A stretch of 59,554 nt of DNA, the filler included, from Sphacelaria rigidula (Eukaryota): assembly GCA_964200075.2 (NCBI GenBank). It is 10 parts of 10 records of this genome, joined end to end, with 100 filler letters (N's around TTAATTAATTAA, not from the genome) between each part and the next. Parts side by side here need not be neighbours in the genome. Positions count along the whole stretch, not along the records: positions 11,933 to 17,798 come from CAXNAA020023870.1; positions 17,899 to 23,764 come from CAXNAA020023871.1; positions 23,865 to 29,729 come from CAXNAA020023872.1; 7 more parts are not named here. One strand, written 5' to 3'. The position numbers were made by a program, and so were the translations under genes. Shown one piece after another: positions 12,601-25,900 of this stretch; positions within the stretch are counted from its first letter, which is position 1; each line of letters starts with the position of its first letter. The notes beneath the pieces were generated by a model. It saw nothing but the letters and a program-made list of their open reading frames with translations. It made no database searches and was not told the origin of the DNA.

Positions 12601-15600
12601 CCGCTGTTACGTATTTTGTGTCATTGGACAACAGGTCTGAAAGTCCTCTTCGATTGGTCATTTCGTGTGTAATTTCACATGAAAACTGAGCCACTTCGGC
12701 AGCGCTGGATTTTTTACTTCTCCTGTTTTTCATCTTCAGAAACTCCTTATTATCGGTTACAATAAACCGTCTGGCACCACTTTCACTAGAAAAAGGTGTG
12801 ACGATGATGCCGATTCAAACAATCAATACCTACTGGTGGTCAAAGGGTGCACATACCTTTGAAGATGGAGCCAGGGTCATGGGCAATGTTCAACACGATG
12901 AGGAGTATCAAAAGATATCTGTAGGAAGTCCGTCATCTTAAAAGTGGAAATAAGCTGCGCTATCAATTCGTCACCCATATCCTCGATCGCGCGCCCGTCA
13001 TCTATTTTGTGGGGACGCTTTCAGCTTGACTTTATGGAAGACGAGGTTGTGTGGTGTCAAGTCGTGACAACCCTTCGACCGCATCAGTTTCAGTCGCAAA
13101 ACACCTGAAGATCATTCCGGTTCAACAAATGGACACCTCCAGCGGTCAAAGGGTTGACCGCCATGGTAGGTCATCTTGGTCACGCAGTAAAAAATCAAGC
13201 GCAAATGATACCGATTTGGTTCAAGGTTGGGGGGGTGAAGGTCATTCGGAATGCAATAAATAGTCTGCCAAATGATCGAAGGTGCAGGGTATGTGGGTGG
13301 ACGGATCAAAACGAAATAGTGATGGGGAGTAGGTTGGGGATTATTTTTCTCTTCCTCCACAGACGACACAACCCAGTACCGGCCCTGAGGGTAAATCCGA
13401 GGTAATCCATGCCCCGGTGAATGATTTTCGATTTTCGACTTCAATGCACAAGTCCTTCGACCGCCAGCATAGGTCAAATGCTGAGTTGGCATCAATTTCC
13501 CCTGAAAAATAATTGCGTCCTAGATGACCCAGGCTTGCGGTCAAGGGGTTACAAAACTTACCGACGGCCAAACATTCGACAGATGACACAGAGGACGACA
13601 AATTAGCGTGCGAATGGCGATACGGTTGGATAGTGTAGAAGTATTTTTGGGATATTTGAAAAGTGAGCAAAATGAATAAAAAATATAGTTCCTTACCCCG
13701 GGATATGATGCACGGATACCTCCGCTCCAACCATGATCACCGGGTGGTATTTACCGTTTTGGCCTGTGACACAAACGGCAATATACCTCAACACACGAAC
13801 ACATCAATAAACATGAAACAATCAAGTACTTATCCTCGACCTACCGCTTCTCTCTGTCCGGGGATCAAACCGCTTCAACACCTCCTCAAATACGATGAGG
13901 GTGGTATCTCCGTCCCGGCTTCATAGGGGGTGATTTCACCAATTAGTAATTAGCGGGCGGACTACATGACGATGCTTCTGAGCGCACGTGAGGTATCGTC
14001 AAAATGTCGCCACCCTTACGGTGTAGCTCGAGGATACTTAGGAACACCACCGTTCGTTTGCGACAGGACAAAACGGCGGATAGCACCCTCGGATATGGCT
14101 ACTTCCTCATCCCTGGGAAAACACCATGGGCCCAATCTCCACATCGGACCTCACCAATCCACTGGAGATGTTTTATATGTCTCTGTACGTGTCAGGCACT
14201 GAATTTTCGACTCTGGATGCCGTCTTGAATGTACTGGAGCAGTCGGAAGAAATGAAGGGCGACGCTAGTCCACAAGTTGGTCTAAATACAAAAAAAATGG
14301 GCAGGACTCGTCGGTCGTCAGGATTGGGCCAGCAACACTTGGCCAGGAGTAGTGCGGAATCGCCCGAAGGTACATCGTTTATTTGCACTCCCTTGGGTGC
14401 ATTGAAGGTTTTCCTCGGACTCTGGTAGCCTGGTGAAGTTTGTGGCGTTGAGCGCACTGATAAATGTTCTTCAGTGCATCACTTCAGCCCCGATCTCCTG
14501 AACCATGGTGTCCTCTGTGCACTCGTCAGTTGATTTTTGGTGTTGCACAGGATTAGTACAGGAACGGTGTCTTCTGTAAGGTCTTCATATTGACTACTGA
14601 TCATGATTAGTTCTATGCAGTTGGCTTTCTGTGGGTTCTTCTCGTCGACGATTTTCGTGGGAAAATTACGAGAGTTGTCTCTGCAGTTTCATCATGACTA
14701 ATAAACAATCCGAACGGCAAAGTCGTGCATGCGATCGCCAGCCTACAACAAGGGCTCACCCTCTCTTCAGGACTCCATTTTTTCCAGGTGTCTGATACTC
14801 AACACTACCCTTTGCCTTGGAATCGCTCAAATTCGACGGTGGCGCAAAGCGCCAAAAATGTTTTGGCGATGTATTTTTTTTTCGCTCAGATCCCTTTCCT
14901 TCAGGCATGTGTCATTTCGCTCTCAAGTTCTGAGAAAGCAGCATTTCGTCTTAACTTGATTTTGGACTACTCTCTTGGTGTCATTTGGTTTCGTTGAGGC
15001 TCTGAGAAGCCAGCATTTCGTCTTTGCGTGATTTTGAGGTACACCTCTTTCGCTGATACCTCTCAGCGCTTGCATCTTACTGGATAACAGGGTGCATCAT
15101 GTTTCCGCTCGGGTTTGGAGTACATTTGCTTTCCGCGCTGTGTTTATGGCGTTTTGGGGTTGAGATGCGGTCCGCTTGATTCCTTGTGTCGACGTCTCAT
15201 CGGACCCTTCGACCTTCGGAGATGCCGTCATTCATCTCGAGCGCTTCACGTTTGTAGCATCGGCATCATTTCCACTTGACAATGACTCAGCATCATGATC
15301 AATTGAGGAAACGCCTCGCTTCGATCCAACGGTAGGAAACGGTCAGCGTGGCACGGCTCTCCATTGAATGTAGTGAAAGATATTCATTTGTGGTATTGGC
15401 ATCATTTCAAATTAAAACTTCAATCAGCATCATGTTCAGTTGCAAAAACACATCGCTTCACGTTAACGGTGTGAAACGGCCGGCGTGAAACCGCTCTCCG
15501 CAGCAGGGCTTATACGCCTCGAGCGTGTTTGAATGTTGCACCCATGCCGCATCGTGTCAAATGTACTTTCTTGACTGTATCTATATACTGCTGCTGCCGC

Positions 15601-17898
15601 TACGTTACAGTCTGGCGACTTGTTTTCACCATGAGTGTCTACATGCAACCGTTTTTACTCCTTTCTCACATTTGAATCAAGATCATTCCAACGGGTGTTG
15701 ACCCTTGGTGTGCGTGTGCTGTGCGCGCGTCCCACACAAAACATCGTTCCTCACTCAATTTCGAACAGATTTGTGTAAGGCCACGCACGACGTGCTCAGC
15801 TGCTGAGCAGCTACGACTCATGCTGTGTGTTCTTGGTTTGCGGAGGCAATGAGTTCCTCAGCTTGACCTCTGGTTATGTTGGGTTGTGTATCAAGCCTTT
15901 CAATATGCCCCTGTTAACGAGACATCTGTTCCTGTTCGGGCTAATTGATCGATTGATGGTAGCACTTGAACTAAGAACGAGTCAAATATCTTCATATGCG
16001 GAATCGGCATAATTTTCACGTGAAAATCGAATCAACATCATGTTCGATTGAGAAGACATCTCGTTTCGCGTTAATAGTACGAAACGGTCAGCGTGTCACC
16101 GCTCTCTACTGAACAAGATCTACCTCTTGGAGCAGGACTTGTACACCTTGAGCGTTTTTCTTTTCTTGCGCGTACGTCGCGTTGTCTCAACCCCCTTTCT
16201 CTTTCAACTGTCTTTGTACTGCTGCTGGAGCTACTGCTGCTGTTCTACCGTCATTATATCTTTTCTTTGGTGAGTGGCTGGATGCAACAGTGTTTACTCC
16301 CTCCTTTTTTAACATTTGAATCGGCATCATTCCAACGTGTTCTGACCCGTCGGATGCGAGTGCTGTGCGCGCGTCTCACACAAAACATTGTTCCTCATCG
16401 AACTCTGCACAAATTTGAGCAAGGTCACGCACAGCGTACTACGCTGATGAACACCTGCGGCTTTAAATGACATGTGCCATTACGAAACGCAGGGAACTAT
16501 CACCGGTTCTCCTGTATTTTGGCTGTCGATCAATTGAGCGCGGCGGCGTGAGCCGCCGAAACGTTTGTTCATATATATATATACACATCAAGCTTACCGT
16601 CGACGAAAATGGCCCCGCCCACGCATCCTCCGTTGTGCTTTATTGCGTTCTCGAAAAGTGACAGGAATCTAGCCTGAGAACGGGGATCGACAGACATGAG
16701 AGCGGCGCACGGGGAGGTTTGGCGTCCTTGTTTGAAGGTTGCCCCCATTGAAGCCATCCCACTACTATTCATGTCTTTGATTTCAATCGACGCGCTTTTT
16801 CCGTCTGTGCATCAGCGTGCGGTAAAGCGTCGAGGTACCGATATTCCTGCAGCTGATTGCCCTCATCAATCTGAACTGCAGATACCACTCTCTGTCTAAA
16901 GGAGAGTCAAGGTCAAAAGTGGCTCTAATGAGGAATCCTTTCGTTCACACGCTCCCACCACTTGTAGTGGGATGGCCGATTATTTGCCCCTGGACAATGA
17001 CGTGTGCATGGACAACGACGTGTGAAAAATGACCGCGTTTGTACCGGAAGTTGCAAATGGATGTACGCAAAATTCTGCAAATATTATTTCGCCGAGATTA
17101 CAGCAGACGCAGCCATTTTCCAACACGAGCAGAGACCATCGATGAAAATGACAAACCCCGAAAAAACTACATACTAGAACAGTACATAATTTGGACATAC
17201 GGTGAATTTCTGCAGAGACCGGGTAGCTTAATTCGAAACTCTGGAAGCTGTGAAAAAGAATGAAGATGGGGAGGAGAACTACTCCCGGTATTGTCGGGGA
17301 TACACAATATATTCTGTTTGCACATGACTCAGAAGAACAAAAAGATTGCTTGAATGGAATGGGAAATGTGTTGCATCTATTGACCTCGCATATCTACAAC
17401 GACGGCCCGGCGCCGTGTCAGGTGCTTTGTTAGCCTCCGCTGGGTTTCACGAGAGGGGAAAGCAGCTGGAGGGGAGGAGGGAGCAACACTCTGTACTTGT
17501 CAAACGAAAAAAACGAACAACTGCGATCAAGGGGGGGAAACGACGGTGAAAAGGAAAATGAACGAACACGAGAAAAAGGAGAAAAACTGCCCATCACGTC
17601 GGCATTTTTCTTTGCGCGTTGATTTTTTATCTAGAAATAGACAAAGTAACATGAGGGGAGAAAGGACGGGAACTGAAAAGAGAACACACTATAATTACGC
17701 AGGAAAGGCGACAATGACCACATGAGTGATGCTGCGATAGGGTCTGCGCTTTTGCGGCCTGAGAGGACATCGGGATTTAGGAATGTCGAATCAACTTTNN
17801 NNNNNNNNNNNNNNNNNNNNNNNNNNNNNNNNNNNNNNNNNNTTAATTAATTAANNNNNNNNNNNNNNNNNNNNNNNNNNNNNNNNNNNNNNNNNNNN

Positions 17899-20146
17899 AT
17901 GACAGACCAATTCTGTTCATTCGGAAAAGTGGTGCGACTCAGATAGACAATGAGACGAACAATAGCATCGATTTGCTCTTGTTCTAATGTGCAGCCAAAC
18001 CCAGTTCTGGAAGAATCTATGTGGAGCCGGAAAGGGCGGGAACCCTGCTCCGCGGCCGACCAGTCGGGGAAGACGAGAATCGGCGGGCGCGAAAGGGTGT
18101 CGAGGAGGCGGCGGACGGTTTTTTCCATTTCCAATGTAAACACAAATTTCACCCCTTTTTTGAGGAGGGTGGTGAGGGGTTTTAGCTTTTGGGCAAGGTT
18201 TGGCAAGTATTGTCTGTAGTAGCTTAGACCTCCCAACAAGGAACGCAGTTGAGAAATGTCCCGTGGCATGGGCATATCGGAGAGTGCAGCGACCTTGTCG
18301 AGGTTTGGGCCACGACCTTCGGGGGTGATGCAATGACCCAAGAACTCAATCTTCGTGGCGCCGCTGCGGGATTTGGAGGGTGCGAGTTTCAAGTTGTGTT
18401 GTTCAAAGCGATTGAAGAATGATGCCAACTGTTCGACGTATTCGGCCGGTGTGGAGTCGTGGCACACCGCATCATCAAGGTACATATGGCATTTGGGCAA
18501 TCCATCAGTTACACGGAACATTACACGTTGAAACGCACCTGGAGCTCCGGCGGCACCTTATGGTGTAACCAACCACTCGTACAAACCTGATGGCGTGCAA
18601 AACGCTATCAGTTCAATGGAATTCGGATCCATCACGAGCTGGTGGTAGCCGGACTGCATGTCAAAGTTTGAAATTATTTTACCCCCGCCAAGAGAATCAA
18701 TCATTTCATCAATCCGTGGAAGTGGCAAGCGGGCCATTTTGGTGACAGCGTTCAATCGTTGATAATTAACCGTCAGTCTGATTTTGCCATTCTTCTTACG
18801 GACGACTACTAAAGGCGAGGCCCACGGAGACGTCGAGTGCCGAATCAAACCGGTGGATAAGTAACCATCGAGATTTACCTGGATCTTATCCGCTAAAAAG
18901 GAGTTCGTACGGTACGGACGCATAGCGATAGGAGGATTGCCATCAGGAATCTTAATCTTAAACGGTGTCGTGGTACATCGACCTAAATCCAAGGGTGCAG
19001 TAGAAGACCGTTCAGCGTATCTAATCAAGATGGACCTCAATCTATCGATTACAGTGGGTGTCCAACCATCGCCAGATAGATCAAAAACAATATGCCGTAA
19101 GTGAGGGGGAATGTCATCCCACAACTTTTGAAAACTGTCGCGTTGTTCTGGAGAAAATCTATCCAGTAATACAGTTGGGGGTTGAGGGTCAGGCGAATCC
19201 GGTGGATTTGTCACCACCATGGGGTCAGACATGTGTAGCGGAGGGGGGCCCGTGGATTTCGGGGGATCGGTCGGCGAGTTGTTGTTCGCCGGGGGGCACA
19301 CATCTGACAGAGCGGTTCGTATGAGAGGCGTTTGAGCATAACCCAACAACTGATCGTTGAGTATATCGAAACATGCAGAGGACGTGAGGTAAATGGCCTG
19401 CCTACCTTCGTGGACAAAGACTTCGGTCTGTTCAAACGGACCAACCTGTGCTTGGTCAGGTTTGAGCAACTCGACCAAATAATGCCCTGTGATGGCGGGC
19501 GATCCATTGCGTCTCACCAGGTTCACTTGTATTAGTTGGGGTTCACAAGAAAGCGAGATTACCGGTTCACCAACATAGTACAGACGGAAAGCATTACCTG
19601 TTTTCGTGGGATCATCCTCATAAGCATGAGCTCCCGAATCAGTGTCGAAGTGACCCAGAGACAGTTTGCCTGTTACTGGACGGTTCGGGACAGGTGTGTC
19701 CGTCGTAGACGTATGTGTGGAAAACGAAGCCAACTATCTCGACCCAACAAAACATCAAAAGACATGGAACCGTCGGGCACTATTAGTGCCCATACGGACA
19801 ACCGAGCAGTGGGAGTAGTATCCTGGTAAAATTGTACACTTAGTTGCAACGATTGATTGACCGTAAGAGATGTGGAGGAACCAAACCCACCAAACACACG
19901 AGGGTGCACGTTGGACAGACAATGCTCGTCCGCCGCGCCCGCGTTGATCATCTGTTGCCAGCAGCTGGCGGTGATGAACGCTTGAGGTGAACCAGAGTCT
20001 GGTAGTGCAAGAGCTATCAAATGACAGCTTGCACGCGCTCCACTATGTAAACCCATTTTGGTCTTAAAAGAAGCATCATCCAGAGTTACAGTACCACTGA
20101 CGAGATCGGGCCCGAATTCGGGTATGACATCTGACACGTCCTGTTT
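17899..20146 (-). pseudogene. Gypsy pol pseudogene (aspartic protease, reverse transcriptase, RNase H)
   Basis: Protease ALPDSGS and FDVLLGRD; RT WASPLVVVRKKNGKIRLTVNYQRLN, LPRIDEM, DMQSGYHQ, YLDD; RNase H PFRLHIDSSRTGFGCTLEQ. Disrupted by a frameshift near 19700 and an in-frame TAA at 18558-18560 (LVTP*GAAGAP). Confidence 0.93.
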
Positions 20147-20420
20147 CGCGTTTTGAAAAAAAGGTGCTAAAATGACACTTTCTACGATTGCCCCCCCAAA
20201 AAACCCAGCTAAAAGTGTCACGAAAAAAATGACCATGCAGCGCCTGATGTTCGGGTTCAGGCTCCATGAAGCGCCTCATATTGGCGACATTGGCTGGAAC
20301 GAACCCAAGCGTGGGAATTCCCGGATTTTCTTTGTGCTTGGCTTTTCCCACTTCGATTTACGTGAAGATTTTGCTTCCCAAAACCATGCACTTTTCGGGG
20401 GGGGGGCTATCGTAGGAAGT
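20147..20420. mobile_element. Small insertion nested in the Gypsy element (boundaries approximate)
   Basis: Inverted repeat ACTTTCTACGATTGCCCCCCC (~20177) / GGGGGGGCTATCGTAGGAAGT (~20420) interrupts the coding-like sequence upstream of the protease. Confidence 0.5.
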
Positions 20421-20617
20421 ATCAAATACACCCGTTTATGATCCTGTGGGACAAGCTTTTGGTCGGAAGGATGGTGCGTGCATGGAGTGTCAGTGTTTGT
20501 GCCTGGAATATTTGTCTCATCAGTCGAGGGTTGAATCTCATACACTGCAACGGAGGGGCGATGCCGGGCAAGGGCAGTTGTCGTGGTTGGACCCGACAAC
20601 TGGTCTGTGCTTGGTGT

Positions 20618-21895
20618 CTAACCCTTATTGGCCAACAGAGGGCGCGAATCGTCATTGTGCAAAGCGGGATCAATTACATTATCCAGCTTGGTCGGAACAG
20701 GGGACGATTCATCGGGGCGCGGTGTTGAGTTTGATACGTCAATCAACTCAATACCGTCACTACTTACGGCCAACATGGGAGGTTTCGGAGACGATTCGTC
20801 AAGACGCGGGATTGGTAAAGCTGTAGTGGTCAACCCGGCGTATATTAAAGGGGCCAACGTGGGGGAGTTAGGAGACGAGTCGTCTTGCGTACCACTTTGT
20901 TTGCCTGGTGACGAACACACGATTGAGGTGCCTTCATGACTAGGATGCGAACGTCCATGAGTCGGCGAAGTCTCTTTCCCTACAGACGGGAACGCTTCAT
21001 CGGAAATGGGTTCTAACGTAGTGCACGCGGGGTGGTCAGGGAGCAGTAACGATCTGTTCGAAATCTGGGGAGTATCGGCCTGTTCCACTCTAAGGTCTTC
21101 ATCTGTCTGAGCCCACACGCAATCTCCTTGGAGTTCACGTGCGCTTGCTACATCAGGATTATCTACATGGTCATCTGGAGGAGCCCGTCTCTGGTGACGC
21201 GTGTAGCGCACGAAAGGATCGGCGGCTCCAGGAGCTATTGAAATGAGTCCTTGGACAGTCGAACCTAGATCACGCTCTTGGCGCACCACCTGAGTCGCTG
21301 TCGCTTGGGGTTCCATTCCAACCCGCTGAGCGACGGAAAGCACGAGTTCTTTGCGGTTGCGACCCTTCAAGGAATAATTACGCTCATCAAATAAAAGGGA
21401 ACCGGGTACCGTAGTTTTTGCGGAACTCGTCAGGGTGGTTACCCGGGCACTTGGGCAGTTGGGGGGTGCTTGAGTGTGTGGCTTCGAATTTGGTGTCCTC
21501 CACTGAACAGGCGAACGGACAGCGACTACCGTACCACAAGATATTTCGGCTCCTGATGCGGTAGAAACTGCACTACATGACTTCCTCTCCCCCGAAGAGA
21601 AGGGATTCGATTGAATATGATTAGTACCGGGTGCATGTGAAACTGGGTGATCAAATTTAGGAGTAAAACGTTGGGTTTGGTCACTGCTCAATTGATAGCC
21701 ATGCAACGGTGCACGGGCTTCGACTGTCTTGGAACCCTTCAAGGCAGTGTAAGCATATCCAGGGAACCCACACCACATGGTTGAACCCGCGGTGGCCACC
21801 GTTGATTCGTGCGTGCGATGTGCGTGACCTGGCCGAGCGAAAACAAATTGTTGACATAAACGTGTTGGGTACTTCTGTGGTGTAGTACCGCTCAT
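20618..21895 (-). pseudogene. Degenerate gag-position ORF of the Gypsy element
   Basis: 425-aa ORF starting just downstream of the candidate PBS and upstream of the protease. Pro/Ser/Thr-rich; no gag motif recognised. Confidence 0.45.
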
Positions 21896-23864
21896 TGTTT
21901 ATTTCTAATTGTGGGATTGTACCAACTAATGAGAAATAAAATGCAGAAGTAGAAAAATAAATAGGCAGGTGACGGGGCTTAGCTTTTGGGCTAAGCAACG
22001 CGTCCTGGGTTACACCACTGTATGCTATTTGGAGTCTCCGCAACTTGTAGAACGTTCCCAAAAGGTTGTCAAGTTGTGAGGTGGGCATTAATGCTGTGTG
22101 GGTACCACCCTGGCGGGGTTCAGCCGCGGCAATAGGTCCACTCATGTGTACACGTCTACCGTTTTGTGAGTGGGCCGGTGCATGTGGTTGTAAGTGTGCC
22201 AGGTCAGGTGGGTCAGGCCGTGAATCAGTTGTCGCCTTGGGGGCGGAGCAGGCGACCGTACGAACGCAGTTGTTATTGCCAGACTTGCCAACATAGTCAA
22301 AAATCCCAGCTGAAGCCCCATGTGTGGAAGTATTGGAGCAAAGCAAGCCACAACCCAAGACGGGTGAGCATGTGACGCACTGGTCCTGTTTTCGGCTCGT
22401 TACTCAAACTGTAGGTTTCTCTCGCACAAGGCACCCGTCAACAGCAGACAGCTGTTATTGAAAGTAAGCACTGAGCTCTTTCTGAAAAGGAAACACCACT
22501 GTGATATCAAGGGTTTATATTACTTGTGACTTACTCATGTTATAGCTCGTCACAGCTTGCCGGCAGAAGGGGAGACGTCTCGCAGGACAGATGAAAAGCT
22601 TATGGTCCTTGTTGTGGTTAGTTCTACGGTAGGCCTTTCTCTGCCAGGTGAATCGCAAGTGGCTGCGTGGGCGATGCGGCATACGATTGCCCTCAAAAAC
22701 GTCTAGCTACGCATACAATCTTGTCATATAAATACCACTCCACGTGGCGCACTGTACCTCAAGCCAATCAAAGCTGTAGGAGCAGCAGGTACACGCGGCT
22801 AATCGGGTACAATCATTTTACCTTCAACCCGCTGCGACAACAATACAAACACACATTCGACTAGAACCCTTCCATACCCGCTGGTCGTTTCTGGGGACCA
22901 TCTGCATATCCATAAGGAACTGGTTATAATTCAGGCCCTCAGTCATTTACCATCACACCAGTACAAAAGAGAAATACCATCGCCTGAAGCTGTGAACAAG
23001 ACACCCTGACATTCAGGATGAGCTGTTCCTCGTTAAACTGATCATCCCTTGTGCTGGAAAACTGTTTTGCCCTGCGATAAACGGTGAGCGAGTACGTACG
23101 AATCATTGCATACTGTATTGCACATGGATGAATATGCGGCATGTTTGGTTGAAGTAGGAAACTTCACTTCGTGCCCCGTCTTGTGAAGATCCGTCCTCAC
23201 AGTGCTTGAGCAGCGATCATGGTAATCATAACAATTGAGACAGTAGTAAAAACGAACTAGTGCACGGACAAGACAGAGAGGCTACTATACCGTTTCTCCG
23301 TAACATGGCGCTTCTACAACCGGAACTATTGTGCCGACTGTTGTCATCTGTGACGTATTGATCATCCCTCTTGTGATTTTCCGAAATGCGCTTTTTCAAC
23401 GAAGCATCAGCCACGGTGATGTTTCGGTCCCCATATATGAAAGTTCGTTGTACGCCCCAAACGAGAACCCCTCATGTGATGACGAATTTTGCTGTCTGAG
23501 AATGGCGAATGAACGAACTGGTCCTCGGTCAATCCCGTGTGCGCTCGAACGCGCTGTCGGCTGTATTTATCCTACGCCACCTGAAGATGCGTGTCCACAG
23601 CGTTAACGCAGCGGTTATTGCCAAACAACTGAGTTTGATGTTTGGGGTGCGCCCATAGCAGCGGTTACAGCTGTTCAGGCTGTGTTCACCCTGCATACAA
23701 CAACAAATTGTGCGAATTGAGGTTCAACTTTGAGATGAGGTTCGAGCCTAAAACAGTGCTTTCCNNNNNNNNNNNNNNNNNNNNNNNNNNNNNNNNNNNN
23801 NNNNNNNNTTAATTAATTAANNNNNNNNNNNNNNNNNNNNNNNNNNNNNNNNNNNNNNNNNNNN

Positions 23865-24789
23865 CCACTGGTGACCTACCCTCGCGGTGAAAGGGTTGAC
23901 CTCTTGACCGCGAGTGTATATCACCTGCTGAATTGGCATCAATATTCACATGAAAAAAGTATCCGTGATCCAGATGGGCCGCCAGCATCGCGGTCTAAGG
24001 GTCAGCCCTTTAACCGCAAAGGTAGGTCACCTGCTGCATCGGCATCGATATTCACTTGAGAAAAGTATGCGTGATTCTGATGGACTACCAGCATCGCGGT
24101 CTAAGGGTTAACTCTTGGACCGCGAGGAGGGTAGGTCACCTGCTGAATCGGCATCGATATTCACTTGAAAAGCGTATGCGTGATCCAGATGGACTACTGG
24201 CACCGCGACCTAAGGGTTAACCCTTTGTCTAAGGGTTAGCCCGTCGTCTAAGGCTTAACCATTTGACCGCGATGAGGGTCGGCCACTTGCTGAATCGGAA
24301 TTAATTTCACATGAACGACGTATATATGATCCAGATGGACTACCCGCATCGCGGTCCAACAGTTGACCCTTTGACCGCGAGGGTAGGTCACCTGCTGAAT
24401 CGGCATCAATTTTCACTCGAAAAAAGTATGCGTGATCCAGATGGACCACCCACCAGCATCGCGGTTGAACCCTTATACCACGAGGCTAGTCCATCTCGAT
24501 CACGCATAGGTTTTTCGAGTGAAATGGATGCCGATTCAACAGATGACCTACTCTCGTCGTCTAAGGGTTAACCCTTAGACCGCGAGATTAGTCTTTCTGG
24601 ATCATGCATACTTTTTTCCACTTGAAATTGATGCCGATTCAACAGAAGACTAACCTTGCGCTCTAAGGCTTAAGGGTTGATCCTTGGACCGCGAGGAGGG
24701 TAGGTCATCTACTGAATCGGTATCGATTTTCATTTGAAAATCGTATGCGTGATCCAGCTGGACTACCCGCGCCGCGGTCCAAGGGTTAA
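23865..24789. mobile_element. Array of ~8 piggyBac-like ~102-bp MITEs joined through TTAA sites, in mixed orientation
   Basis: Each unit is CCCTT(T/A)GACCGCGA...TCGCGGTCTAAGGG separated by TTAA or a decayed variant (e.g. 24108-24111, 24217-24220, 24786-24789). Five forward units, two reverse, one forward. Confidence 0.85.
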
Positions 24790-25384
24790 CAGAACCTACT
24801 GTCAGAGTAGAACCATTTTCACACGACACTGGCGCATAGACTCGCTCGTCCAACGATCTACATTTTGAATCCACCCACGGACAACAGAGCCAGCATGGAG
24901 TATGTTGCTCGGGAAGCGACGATTGCCTGCGGCTAACCTGACACAACGCATTAAAGTATACGTACTGATTGATTGATTGATTGTCGCACTTTAGCTGACC
25001 CCCCAGGGGTCCAGCCGTGGTCTCGTGATAGGCGTACCCGAGAAAAACGAAATTCAAACACGCTCTAAGGAAAAAAAGAAAGAAAAAAGAAGGAACAGAA
25101 AGAAAAGAAAAGAAAGAGGGGTCGAGCAGAAGTACACAGCAGACTGAGTCGTTACCGAAAAAAGTAGTAAAAAAATCAACACAAGCCAAGCACAGAAAGA
25201 AATGGCCTATCAAATCAAAATCGAACCTTGGTGTTTGGCCAACATCATCCATGCCGAAAAGGAAATTGCGTCGTCCGGGAGCGTGTTGCGAGGGAGTATA
25301 GAGCGAAGCAGTACGGTGAAAGCAACCACGCAGAGACGAATCACCACGAGCTGGATTGACGGCCTGTGTAGTCTGTCTAGTCAG

Positions 25385-25713
25385 TGTGTCTGTTGTTCCA
25401 TTTCTTCTGGACGCCAGTCTGCACTTTTGCGTATATGTGGGCGCACCAACCGGGGTCACATAGGAGGAAGGTCAACACAGGAGTTTTTTTTCTTTTTGGT
25501 TTGTTTTTCATTCTCCACCTTCCTACTGCTGTGCTTCCCTTTGTTTTTTATCGTAAGAGGGGTTTAGCAGTCCCTTTCCGTCGTCGACCATCCAGTCGGT
25601 TTTGGGTACCCACGACATAGTTGCTCTCCACTGTTGGACATTGTGTAAGAAAAACCCACGACCCAACGGTCAGAGGGTTTCGAGGTTACCAACTAAGCCA
25701 CCGCGGCGACCGG
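25385..25713 (-). mobile_element. tRNA-derived SINE
   Basis: 5' head CCGGTCGCCGCGGTGGCTTAGTTGGTAACC carries a pol III A-box. Body matches the copy at 49723-50093 and a fragment near 26900-27000. Confidence 0.7.
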
Positions 25714-25735
25714 CAGTGTCAGTGTATGTAATTAT

Positions 25736-25900
25736 CTCTTAGACCGTGATGCGGGTGGTCCATCTGGATCACGCACACTGTTTTCAAGTGAAATTGATGC
25801 CGATTCAGCAGGTGACCTACCTTCGCGGTCAAAGGGCTAATCCTTACACCGCGATGCGGGTAGTCCATCTGGATCACACACTTTTTTCGAGTGGAATTGA
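25736..25900 (-). mobile_element. Two adjacent copies (second truncated) of the ~102-bp piggyBac-like MITE
   Basis: Matches the array unit in reverse orientation; junction CAAAGGG-CTAA-TCCTTACACCGCG. Confidence 0.75.

Larger units (their letters stand above)
17899..21930 (-). mobile_element. Decayed Ty3/Gypsy LTR retrotransposon, truncated by the contig edge before integrase
   Basis: Minus-strand order: candidate LTR end (..TTTCTCA at ~21930), candidate PBS TGGTACAATCCCAC (21911-21924), gag-position ORF starting 21895, then protease, RT and RNase H. Confidence 0.9.

Noticed and set aside
13000..13800. Kinase-like HDLTPHNL (minus) and MULE-like VLACDTNGNI (plus) peptides
   Set aside because: Isolated short matches with no flanking family motifs, interrupted by MITEs.
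23865..24789. CRISPR array
   Set aside because: There are no unique spacers: whole units repeat, invert and carry TIRs with TTAA junctions. No cas genes, and the context is eukaryotic.
24650..25459. 269-aa ORF
   Set aside because: It runs through a SINE, low-complexity tracts and a MITE, so it is spurious.
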